A stretch of DNA of 61,686 bases, the filler included, from Globobulimina sp. (taxonomy: Eukaryota): assembly GCA_003354225.1 (NCBI GenBank). It is 14 parts of 14 records of this genome, joined end to end, with 100 filler letters (N's around TTAATTAATTAA, not from the genome) between each part and the next. Parts side by side here need not be neighbours in the genome. Positions count along the whole stretch, not along the records: positions 8,837 to 13,154 come from PIVH01001360.1; positions 13,255 to 17,571 come from PIVH01001361.1; positions 17,672 to 21,987 come from PIVH01001362.1; 11 more parts are not named here. One strand, 5' to 3'. Numbering within the stretch: position 1 is the stretch's first letter; every line of letters begins with the position of its first letter. Of this stretch, positions 10,906 to 22,087 are shown one piece after another. The position numbers and the translations under genes are program-made. The notes under the pieces were generated by a model, which ran no database searches, had not been told where the DNA came from, and worked only from the letters and a program-made list of their open reading frames with translations.

Positions 10906-12807
10906 TTGAAAGGGAAGAGAAAATTAAATTGGATCCCTAAGCATCGACGTGGTAAAAACTATTATAACTCAAAACAGAAAGAGCGCGATGACATTAAGCA
11001 AAACAAAATTTATAATTCTAATGAAATGAAAGAAGAAAAGAAGCAAAACCCATTAAACCATATCAACATCAATATACACCAACAGCTGATGCAAGAAGGC
11101 GAAGCTGATGTTATTGAGGATGACCTCCTCTCCACTTTGTCAATTCAGACCGCTGTTTATCAAAATAATCGATATAAACAATACAATCATCGATATAATA
11201 ATAATTTTAATAGCAATACATTAAAAAGCATTACGTGGAGGGACAAAACTTATTCATGGCGGAAATTCCCAGATTCGAATGATTTGATAAAGAAAATGGC
11301 AGAAATTGAAAAATATGGAGTTCGTGATATTTTTACCCAACGTTCCGTATTCAAGAGATATGGAATAAAAATATTAGAAAAGGATTATTCTGGTCGATTC
11401 ATCGCATTGTACGAAGGAAATATCACTGATTTTATAGCGTGGTGTCATGCTTATTTGCATACCAATTTCAAATATCATTTAGATGTTTTTTCAAGATTGG
11501 ATTTATTCGGCACCTCTAAGGTTTGTGGTATTGATTTACAGAGAAATGCAAAATATGGATATGAAGTTATTTGGCGATTATGCTATTTTGGTTGGTCAGA
11601 TGGACTAAAATATATCATGGAAAAGTTAAAGATCAATCATATTAATGACAGTTTGGAATTGCTGGCCACTGTCTCACAAAACTTGCATGACGATATATTA
11701 AAATATTTGCTACTTCAAAATGATTTGTATCAGCCATTTGATATTAAAACTAGGAATATCAAAACACGTAAAGGCTGGGGAAAGAATATGAATACAACAC
11801 TATGGACCAAGGCTAGAAGCAGTTTAATTTCAGCAATAAAATCTGGAAAGGGATGGTTACATTGTTTAGAAAATATACATTATGCTGATGATATTATCCG
11901 TGCTGTGCATGGATGGGAGGATTCAGATGAAGAGAAACAAGAAAAACAACAAGAACAGGATATGGCATATTTAAATGAAGGGAATCAATTCAATCAAAAT
12001 CAAATGAATGAAATGATGCAACAATTAAACCATATTCAGTTAGAAAGAAATAAGATTAGATTGTCTCCATTATGTATTAAAAGTAGATTAGATTTGATCA
12101 ATGCAATAATTAACAAAACAAAATCTGTAGTATTTAAAATTGAGAGTTGTTATTATGGGCTATGTGTTGCCTCAGCATTGTATCATAGAAGTTTGCAGAA
12201 ACTCATTTTTTGGGCACCGCGCGCTGTCAAGGATTTGATTGATGGACATATTTTCGAACACGTGCCATACAAAAATACTGAATGGGGGTTATTGGGAATG
12301 CATAAAGTTTCAAAAAAACATTATTTGACTGTTTTGAAAATGAAACAAAAAGTTGAATTGAAGCAGTTATTGGTCTCAAATCATACAATCGATGATACAC
12401 AATTGTGGAAAATACAACAATTAAATATTTTGGGTGGGATTTGGATTAAGTTTATTAATAAAGCTGGATATAAATTAATTATTTCATGGAGAAAAGATTT
12501 TGATTGTAACCATATGCCATTGTTGCAGATATCAGATGAGGTGGATAAAGATGATCGATTGTGCAGAGATGTGTTTTCTGTAACAAATAATAATAGGGAT
12601 ACATTATACGGTGAATATTGTAGGAAATATAAACATATTAAAAATAACACAACTCCGTATAACAGAGAAACTATAGGAACTAAAATGAGCACTTATCAAT
12701 TTTGGAATCTTCCAGAGGAAAAAAATAAATTCCAATGTTATAAGCTCAGATTAAAAAATATAGCACAAATAATTGAACAATATAGTAATCGTCACATTAA
12801 CCAATAA
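10906..12807 (+). CDS. Hypothetical protein, possibly with degenerate ankyrin-like helices
   Basis: 633-codon ORF in AT-rich DNA. Segments LCYFGWSDGLKYIMEK and TVSQNLHDDILKYLL resemble ankyrin repeats. Start codon is uncertain. Confidence 0.6.
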   Translation: MKGKRKLNWIPKHRRGKNYYNSKQKERDDIKQNKIYNSNEMKEEKKQNPLNHININIHQQLMQEGEADVIEDDLLSTLSIQTAVYQNNRYKQYNHRYNNNFNSNTLKSITWRDKTYSWRKFPDSNDLIKKMAEIEKYGVRDIFTQRSVFKRYGIKILEKDYSGRFIALYEGNITDFIAWCHAYLHTNFKYHLDVFSRLDLFGTSKVCGIDLQRNAKYGYEVIWRLCYFGWSDGLKYIMEKLKINHINDSLELLATVSQNLHDDILKYLLLQNDLYQPFDIKTRNIKTRKGWGKNMNTTLWTKARSSLISAIKSGKGWLHCLENIHYADDIIRAVHGWEDSDEEKQEKQQEQDMAYLNEGNQFNQNQMNEMMQQLNHIQLERNKIRLSPLCIKSRLDLINAIINKTKSVVFKIESCYYGLCVASALYHRSLQKLIFWAPRAVKDLIDGHIFEHVPYKNTEWGLLGMHKVSKKHYLTVLKMKQKVELKQLLVSNHTIDDTQLWKIQQLNILGGIWIKFINKAGYKLIISWRKDFDCNHMPLLQISDEVDKDDRLCRDVFSVTNNNRDTLYGEYCRKYKHIKNNTTPYNRETIGTKMSTYQFWNLPEEKNKFQCYKLRLKNIAQIIEQYSNRHINQ

Positions 12808-13042
12808 CCATAAACATTTGTTGTTTAATAGATCTATTATGGAGTTTCAGTCAGGTAAATGGCTTTTTTTTTTGTATATAAATGCATTATTAACGTCTCA
12901 ATTTGAAACATGTCGATGTTTGTTTATCAATTTAATACAAGAAAAGAAAGTAAGTGAGGATCAACACTCTTACATTTTAAACACAAAACAAAACAAAACC
13001 TTTCTCAACTTTCTCGATCAGCAACAAGCACTTACTTTCATT

Positions 13043-13154
13043 ATGGGAATCACTGCCAAAGAATCTGCATCCCGTCCTCCACCAAATTACCATTGTCATA
13101 TTTGCAAATTGTGTGGTGATCACTGGATTATGCACTGCAATGATAATAAGAATA
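13043..13154 (+). CDS. Zinc-knuckle protein, 5' fragment
   Basis: MGITAKESASRPPPNYHCHICKLCGDHWIMHC matches the PPxxYxCxxC..HWIxxC knuckle (RBBP6/Mpe1-like). Cut by contig end. Confidence 0.7.
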
Positions 13155-13797
13155 NNNNNNNNNNNNNNNNNNNNNNNNNNNNNNNNNNNNNNNNNNNNTT
13201 AATTAATTAANNNNNNNNNNNNNNNNNNNNNNNNNNNNNNNNNNNNNNNNNNNNTGAATGTTTGCTTAATTTATAATTATCCTCAAAAGGCAATGATAAT
13301 TTGGAATGATATAAAACAACACGTAAATAATCCACATATTCCACATTTATTATTATTAAAATGTTTGATGGAAGGTAGGGATACTGCCCCATAACAGTAT
13401 GGTAGTGCCGCGTTATTATGGTGGTTCCGTACTAGGTAGGTGGTGTGTGCAAAGGCAATACACTTGGTGGGGACCGCGTGTGCAAAGATGCAATCCTTTG
13501 AGAATAATTTAATACTTACTGCGATATTACACATGTCCGATCCGACCATCACTGCTAAACTTCAATGTGGATTAGGAACTTGCTGCTGTTGTGTTTTTAT
13601 TTATTTCGCACTCAGTGTTTTCGCGTTATTGGATCAAATTGCAAGCAATGACACAGAAATTCACTGTAAACGTGAGTGATGACATTTTCAGAGTTTTTGA
13701 GAAGAAAATCAAAAACACACACATCTTACCATCCTTCACTGTCCTCCTTGACAAAAATACCAAACTTCATCGACAAAAACACCAAATTAAAATCGCA

Positions 13798-14298
13798 ATG
13801 ATGCTATTCGTGTTAATCATGACTGTCGTGTCCAATGTTCAATCAGGTGATAACTGCCCGGATTGCAATGGTTGGAGCGATTGTAAGAGAGAGTGGACAT
13901 GCGGCCCCACCTCATGGATAGGTTCAGCGACAGACGCCAAAAATATTTGTGCCACTTTCACGGGGATGACGTGCGCTGTCTGGAGGAGTTGTGGCTCTTT
14001 GTGTGTAGGGAAGGATTACAAATGCTGCGGGGCCCCACAAAGAAGCGACGTTATTACAGGACCACAGACTAACATTAACTTTGAAGACTATGTCGATGAT
14101 TACACTGAGCATTTCCATGGATACGACTACATTTTCCAGATCGTATACACGGTCATAGCCTTATTGGGCGTTTTGGCGGTTGTAAGTGTGTGGAACTCGG
14201 TCATGGCTTGTTATTGTTACGCATCAAAAAGCGCAAATTCGCAGAAATATTACAAAGTGCCTGTCAAATATGACTCAGAGGCACAGAGAGTTGAATGA
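13798..14298 (+). CDS. Small type-I membrane protein with a 10-Cys ectodomain
   Basis: Signal peptide MMLFVLIMTVVSNVQS, a Cys-rich domain of about 60 aa, TM helix IVYTVIALLGVLAVVSVW, tail KYYKVPVKYDSE. Confidence 0.75.
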   Translation: MMLFVLIMTVVSNVQSGDNCPDCNGWSDCKREWTCGPTSWIGSATDAKNICATFTGMTCAVWRSCGSLCVGKDYKCCGAPQRSDVITGPQTNINFEDYVDDYTEHFHGYDYIFQIVYTVIALLGVLAVVSVWNSVMACYCYASKSANSQKYYKVPVKYDSEAQRVE

Positions 14299-14615
14299 TT
14301 TTGAGAGTGAGTTTCGTTTCCCAAATTGATGGTGCTTGTATCGAATTTCTATGCAACAGAGAGGCGTTCAATTTAATTTGTTGATGGTGCCAGTATGAAT
14401 ATCTCTGTCCATAGAAGCGTTCAAATAAGAAACGAAGCCACACATTCACATATGTTTGATAATAATTTTCTTTTGTGTTTAATAATAATAAATATTTTTC
14501 TCGTTCATCTAATACACTGAAATCAATTTTAAATGTGCAATACGTTTCCAATTCTAAAAAATGCGACATTTAAAACCTTGCTAAGTTTTCTTTGGAAAAT
14601 CGCCAAACTAAGTCA

Positions 14616-16816
14616 ATGAACAATAATAGAAACCAAGGAGGATACAACCAACAATACAATGGCTCACAAATGAATTTCAATAACAACCAACCACCACCAA
14701 ATCAAGGCGGTGGACAAGGACAGGGTGGATACAATAATCCGCAACAATCATACGGTTCTCAAATGAATTTCAACCCACAACCAAACCAAGGTAACGGTGG
14801 AAACTTTGGTAGACCCAATCCTCAGCAATATAACAACCAATACGGTGGCCCAGGACCAGGACCACAACCACAACCAAACAATCCAAATCAATCACAAATG
14901 AATTTCAACAATCCAAACCAAGGGGGCTATGACAACAATAACCAACCACCACAGCAAAACAATCCACCTCCACAGCAACAGCAACAACAACAGCCGCCGC
15001 AACAGCCACAAGCACAGCCCTCAGAGCCACAAGAACCACTACAAGCACACGATGATAATTTCAAAGCCAAAGATGGCATGTTTTCCTACAACTCGCTCGG
15101 CAGCGGAGCCCCCGGTGGCAAACCCAAATGGAGCAAAAGCAAGAACCGCATCACCAATCCGCACCAACGCTTTGCCCGCATGGAGATTCGATGGGATATA
15201 TTCAGTGATTTTGCGGGTGGCGGAGGCCAACCACACCGTATCTTATTAAAACATATCCAAGACCCCGACAACGAGAGTACAGAGCGGTTGCTATACTTGG
15301 ACGGCAACGAAGTGGTGAATGAGATCAGCAAAGATTGCAAGTTTGAGCTAGACATCGGCGATGAGATAAGTGGCCAGGATGAGATCGATGTGGTCATCGA
15401 ACATAACCAGGAACTGACGCGTTATGACTATTTCCTGTATGTCAACGACGTGGAATACACTGAAAAGGTGACGCCGCACAGCAAGCGTACGGGTGGTATG
15501 AAGCAGACGTTGCGTACCAACGAAGTGAGCGCCAAAGAGTTGAAGAAGAAAGACAAGAAACGGTGGGAGGAACGCAACCAATTGAAAGTGAAAGAGGAGA
15601 AGCAAAAGAAGAAGAAAGTGAGGAAGAAGAACAAGAGGAAGAAGCAGCCGGTCCCAAAGATACAGAAAAAGGAGAAGAGGAAGAAAAAGAAAGACAAGGA
15701 TAAGCACAAAGGGAAGGAGAAGAAAGGTGGCTTTTTTGGCGGCTTTGGGAAGAAGAAGAAGAAAAATAAGGACAAGGCACAGCAGCCCAGACAAGCGGAG
15801 GAAGAGCCGTATGGTGGATGGAATAATGGACCGCCACAGGATTACGATCGAAACCAAGATTGGAATAATGGACCACCGCCACAGCAACAACCGGCGCAGG
15901 GACAGTATGGCAATGATCCACATTTGCAACAATCGCAGCAGCCGCAGGTGGACGATGCGTGGGAAGATACAGAGTCTGAATACGAGACAGACAGTGAGGA
16001 TGATGGGCCGCTTCAACAAGTACAACACAGTATGTTTTTTATAGTGTATGCTTTGAAACTGTATAGAAACGTTACTGAGTGTAAGGATAATTGTGTTTGT
16101 ATGCTTATGTGTATTGTGTAGATAATCAGCAACAGCAATATCAGCAGCAACCCCAACAATCTTTTTACGGACAGCAGAATCCACAGAATCAATACCAACA
16201 AAATGCAAATCCACAACAGTCGTTTTATGGACAGCAGACTCCACAGAATCAGTTTCAGCAACAACCGCAACAATCTTTTTATGGACAGCAGAATCCACAA
16301 AACCAATATCAGCAACAACAGGGACAGCAACAGTCATTTTATGGTCAACCCAATGCACAGAATCCACAGAACCAATTTCAACAAAATCCGCAACAGTCGT
16401 TTTATGGCAATAACCCGCAAAATCAATATCAACAACAACCACAGCAATCGTTTCATGGCCAAGGGCAGCAACAGCCAGATCTTCCGGGACCACCCGGACC
16501 ACGCAATGAAGCAGCAAATCAGAATCAAAATCAAATGGGATTTGTTGAGCAGGGAATGGAACGAATGGGTGTTAATAATCAAGCAAATAATAATCAACAG
16601 CCACAGCAGGATATGGATGATGGGGCACAGCCACAGGATAATGCCGATAATCCATATAATAATCAATATGGCCAACATCCACAGCCACATGGACGGGGAC
16701 AGGGCCATCATGGACATATGAGAAGTTCTAATCCTTCCGGTCTTTATAATAATGAGCCAGAGTTAAAACAAGCGGAAGAGAGCAGCAGTGAATATAGTAC
16801 TGAATCGGATAAGTGA
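14616..16816 (+). CDS. Q/N/P-rich low-complexity protein with a FAIM-like beta domain (intron 16030-16121)
   Basis: Domain IRWDI..HRILLKH..ERLLYLDGNEV..YDYFLYVNDVEY resembles FAIM1. Lys-rich tract. A GTATGT..TAG intron joins the two ORFs in frame. Confidence 0.8.
16140..16460 (+). repeat. Coding tandem repeat QQSF(Y/H)GQQNPQNQ(Y/F)QQ, about 6 copies
   Basis: Visible in ORF 16091-16816 as units of about 51-60 bp. Confidence 0.9.
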
Positions 16817-17380
16817 CATTACTGACATAGTTGTATTTGTTTGTTTGTACAAAATTGCTTCAAATCAATTTTTAGTTGTAAATGTAAAATAAATGTTTGT
16901 GTTGTATTTTGAATATTGATTAGAATTAGTAATTGTGTGGTTGTTGGGTTAATTTGTAATGAATTAACTATTGTTGCTGCATTCTTGTCCGCATTACTCT
17001 CTCGTAATTACAATTTGTCACACTTTTTGTATTTAGCTATTAATTTAGCAGAATTTTAAAATCTGCAATTACGAAAAAAAACATTTAGTGCTTTCAAATT
17101 TAAATTCGTGATTTGTTGTTTCTAATCCTAATTTAGGACCCTATTGTTGGGAGTATGACTTATGAAGAAAAAAACATTAATTTTATTATTATATGATGCA
17201 TCAAATTTTTCCTCGTCAAAACAATATTATATTCATGACATCTTATGAATGACAACATGCCCACTGTACATCATAAGATTATATCACCTGGCAATGATTG
17301 TTGCACTCGCAGAATATTTACAGATTTATTAATTTTAGTTCCTTTGCATACATGTATTCCATTGTTTGATATCACAGAAT

Positions 17381-17569
17381 TTACAGGATAAATATACATG
17401 TTATGTTTGCTGTGCTCGCATAATTAATTATGTAATAATATCTATCATTTCCATTTCCATAGTTTGTATAGCTATTTCCTTGTGAATTGGTACCACTTCG
17501 ATTACTTGATGATGAAGACGAGGATGAAGATGAATATGAACTTGATTTTGATGATTTTTTTTGTGACAT
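17381..17569 (-). CDS. Small Ser-rich protein or fragment (GTNSQGNSY..YYY)
   Basis: ATG-initiated ORF at the contig edge with a GTNSQGNxY motif seen in small low-complexity eukaryotic proteins. Structure unclear. Confidence 0.35.
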   Translation of the reverse strand: MSQKKSSKSSSYSSSSSSSSSSNRSGTNSQGNSYTNYGNGNDRYYYIINYASTANITCIFIL

Positions 17570-17996
17570 ATNNNNNNNNNNNNNNNNNNNNNNNNNNNNN
17601 NNNNNNNNNNNNNNNTTAATTAATTAANNNNNNNNNNNNNNNNNNNNNNNNNNNNNNNNNNNNNNNNNNNNGACCAAACACACAGCATTTGAATGATTTG
17701 TTTGTTTTGATTCTGTCTAAGATTGTTTGTTGTTTTAAGTTGTCCATTTTTATCACAATTATTATTTGGTTTTAAGTTAGTCAGTAAAGTTTTTTTTCTC
17801 TTTGCATTATTTATTGAAATATTATGTATTGTACAACTATCATTTGCTGACGGATCCTGGCATAGCAAATGATCAAATCAATCAATCAATCAAATCAATG
17901 ATATTTAAATAATTTTTAATTTTACAAACACAAAACAAAATAATCACAATAATGTAACAGAATAGCTATAGCTGAGTGATCATAAGATAATCAAAA

Positions 17997-19819
17997 CTAC
18001 TTTGCATACGGCTGCCAATGTTCAGCAACACTTACATCGATTTGCATGAGAGCAGCCAATCCACGCAATAGAAATACAGTTCTCATTACTAAATAATAAT
18101 TACCCGGCCAATAATTTACTTTATCTTTTTGTCTCAATTCATTCAAAAACTGATATGTTGACTTTCCTTCTCGAAACTCTAAATCTATTCGATCATATGA
18201 AAATATTGTAAACTTCGCTATGTATTCATTGTCCATTTTATCGGTTCTGACACCCATTTTCTTTGCTTGCTGTCCAATTATGTCAAGATTACGTGTTGCC
18301 AATGCCATATACAACTTACTCAAGTGATATATTTCTGTTGCACTCAAATATTTGAATTGGCCATAATCGATCAATCCCAGTCTGCCATCGGGCATCAACA
18401 GAATATTGCCAGGGTGCGGATCACCGTTAAAAGCGCCATTCACAAATATCTGATATCCATGCACCGCCAGCAATGTCTCTATGAAATGAAGCGCATCATT
18501 GACAATCGGCAAATCATAGGGAACATATGGCAACTTATCATGTGATGAACATAATGGTCTAAATATCCATGCAATTCAATAATTAAATATAAACGCAAGT
18601 GAATTAAATAAATATCTCCGAATATTCAACAAAACTCCGTAATATTTCATCGATATTTGCGGGGTAAAACTACCTTTATTATTTTCAAACATTTCCTGTC
18701 GTAAATCATTTAATGTGATCTCTTTATCATTGTGCGGATTGTGTGTATATAATGGATCATTATTTTTCTTTATCATTTCATAAATCTGTCTCAAACGTTT
18801 CAAATATTTGATCGATTATGGGATTGATCGATTATGGTCATTGTCAATACGTTTCTGGTACATAAGTGATTAATTGGTTGCGGCACACATACTTTATCCG
18901 CAAACACAGCATTCATATTTTTAAATGCTGTTCGCAGATTTTCAGCTTCGCGGAGATAGTCAAATTCCTTCAAAAATTGTGTCTCCATTTCTTGCAATGC
19001 TTCGGCTATGTCAATTTATATAAAATACAATTAAGAAATTAATGCATATTTGAATTTATATAAAATACCGATTGCAGGCTCTAAGAAAGAAACGAAAACG
19101 CGGATAGACTTTAAATCGATACCAAATACTTTTTCCATTTCAGGATATTGTATTTTGACACAAACTTCCATTTCGTGACTGATTCCATTTTGTGGCGATG
19201 CTCTTAATTTTGCATAATGTGCTTGTCCAATACTTGCTGCTCCAAGCGATTTTGCATCAAATTCGGAGAATATAACTTCTAAACTTTGACCTAACTCCGA
19301 TTCAATGACGTTTTTCACGTATTGAATATCTCGAGGCGGCACTCCATCCTTTGTTTATTGTAAAAACTATATTTATTTTGTCAAACAATTGGCGATGTAC
19401 AGTACTTGTAATATTCTCAGTTTATCGATCCAACATTTAGGCACTATGTCGGGTCGGGATGCAGCAAATTGCCCTGCTTTAACATATAATCCTTTTAATT
19501 GCAATATAACATCGAGTATAAATTGTGCATATTTGTCATGTAATTCTTCATATTTTTGATCCAATGTTTTGTTAGTTTTGAAGAATGGAATAAATGTCGG
19601 TTCATAAAGATATTTGTGTGTTAATTCAACAAATGTATAATGAGCGAGTACAGGAAATGCTTTGAGATAAAAATCACACTGTCTTCGGAATCCTTTATCA
19701 AAGGCGTATATTCCATATCCAATGCCAGTAATTACTGATGATCCAATAAATGCATATTTGATTACTTTTCTTGTTCGATGGAATCTTCCAATTGTTGTTC
19801 GTACAAATAAACGGTTCAT
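17997..19819 (-). pseudogene. ABC1/UbiB (ADCK-like) atypical kinase, disrupted
   Basis: GLYVKAGQ, LGAASIGQAH, VCVKIQYP, EFDYLREAEN, GDPHPGN and LIDYG motifs. Introns 19349-19405 and 19006-19068. Frameshifting insertion at 18808-18837 and in-frame TGA at 18576-18578. Confidence 0.8.
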
Positions 19820-19999
19820 TTCAGTTAGTTACTTCACTTCACTTCATCCAATATTACTTACTCAAATTATTAAATTATTAAAACTTACTCAAAAATCAGT
19901 ACTTATCGGAGAGTCATGGCACAACATATGCGTTTTTACAATTAATTTTAACCAATTGACAGATATTTCTGCATTGTTAATATCAAATACTTGCATTGA

Positions 20000-21919
20000 A
20001 TGGAATTATACAGTTACCACAGCAATAACAGACAACAACATTATAAATCCAAAAGTGCTGCTGCGGTGTTATCACATTCAAAAATAATCCCATTTCGACC
20101 ACGAACAGAAGCAACAACATGTACATCAAAGGTAATCCTACCACGACATATCGACAAACGACATTATAAAAACAGTAAAACTAATCTAATTAAACCATCA
20201 CAAAAGAAATCCAAAACCTCAAGAACTCGAAATCCAGCCAATCCTCCATATCCACCATACATTCGACTCCCCATTCAACACAACAAATATTGCTACAAAG
20301 TACCCACAAACACACCATATATTCACACACCACAAAAAGCACAAAACACTCACAAAAAAAGGCACAAAAACAATGATATCAACAATCAATTCCCCTCCTC
20401 ACCACCCTTATCATTGCGAGCCAATGCTGCCACAATATATCCATCGTTATCCTCCACCAACAGCGGCAACAGCAGCAACGATATGGACATGATCAGCAAC
20501 ATTGGTGTTCACAACATATCCATCTCAGAATCGTTAACTACATCGTCAATGATTAATTGTTCACTGCGAATGTTAGCCTCCGTCTCCTCCATAGCCTCAC
20601 TATCACAGTCACACAACACACACAATACCAATCACAACAACTTGACCAAACTAGGCATCCCCATCACATACATCCATTCCTTTGAGGCCTACTTTGGTGG
20701 CACCGCCATCCAGTTAGGGGGTGGTGGACAGGGATCCATCTACAAAATCAACCAAAGCCATGTGATAAAGTCATACAGTGCTACTTCGTTGGGGCTATAC
20801 CGTGAAATATTTGCATTGAAACATATATTGGGCAAAGATATCGAATTGTATATAGAAAAAAGAAAAAGCAAACACAGACAGGCTTTCATCAAATTTCCTC
20901 TCATTGGCGGCGAGAATCTGATGGAATACAGTCAGGATTTGATCAATAATAAGAAAACGAGTTTGCGTGAATGCCATTTGCAGGCATTATTCGCGCAGTT
21001 ATTTGTCAGTTTATATTCGTTGCATAGTCGGGGATTGATTCACAGAGACATTAAGATTGAAAATGTGATGGTGAAACAGGACGGAAGTATCGAGTTTATT
21101 GACTTTGGCCATGCCGTCTATATTGCAAAAGATTTAAATAGCGAAAGGTATAGAGATTATAAGTTTAAATGGATTAAGGGCACCACAGAGATATTCGGGA
21201 CAGACTGTGTGTTGTGTCCAGAGTTAAAGTATGCATTTTATGCGCCATCGTTAGGCATAGGACAATATATCACATATGGCACTGAAATCGATTTCTATTC
21301 TGTCGGAATAATGGGTATATTTTCTATATATTGTATTCTGTTGACATATATATTGAAAATGCTTAAATTGTAAGGTGTGGAAATCATTTATAATATATTT
21401 GATCATAGCTATCAGCATCATAAATGGATAAAATTACTAAAGAAAGACATCGCGAATAATGGCAACTTATCGGGCTTATCCGTCAAATGTTTGGCCTTTT
21501 TATTGGCTTTGATTGACACCAATCCCTCAAACAGACTCACAATGAGTGAGATATTAAGCCATCCATTCTTAACGGAAGAGGTGATCGACAAATTGGGCTA
21601 TGATAATTGGTACAGCAGCGACAGTCACAGTCACAGTGACATTGCCAGTATTTGCGAGCTCGATGATGCGGACATTCCTGATTTGCCATTGCAAAGCATA
21701 GAGATGATTGTCAAGGAAGAATTGATCAAACATAAAATCTCAATCATATGCAAAGTGTTACGGGATGGAAAGTTGTCATATTATCCACGCATACAACATT
21801 TAAATAAATTGATTGCTATCATTAAAGAATGTGGATTGGAAAAGGAGACATATCCACACATCGCATCCTTTGCCATGGCTCAATTTGAAACTGTGTTTGA
21901 TTTCCAATTGAAAAATTAA
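20000..21919 (+). CDS. Ser/Thr protein kinase with a long disordered N-terminus (intron 21315-21374)
   Basis: LGGGGQGSIY, VIK, HRDIKIEN, DFG, GT..LCPE, DFYSVG and NPSNRLT..HPFL. Confidence 0.9.
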
Positions 21920-22087
21920 AATCAAATCATACAAAACAATAATATTGAAAAAATAAACAGAAAAACAATATCTTTGCATAAGAAATTNNNNNNNNNNNNN
22001 NNNNNNNNNNNNNNNNNNNNNNNNNNNNNNNTTAATTAATTAANNNNNNNNNNNNNNNNNNNNNNNNNNNNNNNNNNNNNNNNNNNN

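Noticed and set aside
16140-16460. Repeat-spacer-like periodicity resembling a CRISPR array
   Set aside because: The units are in-frame degenerate coding repeats without unique spacers; the context is eukaryotic and there are no cas genes.
15348-16717. Long antisense and alternate-frame ORFs (e.g. 15348-16517 minus, 389 aa)
   Set aside because: Shadow ORFs of the low-complexity Q/N/K-rich coding strand; no independent motifs.
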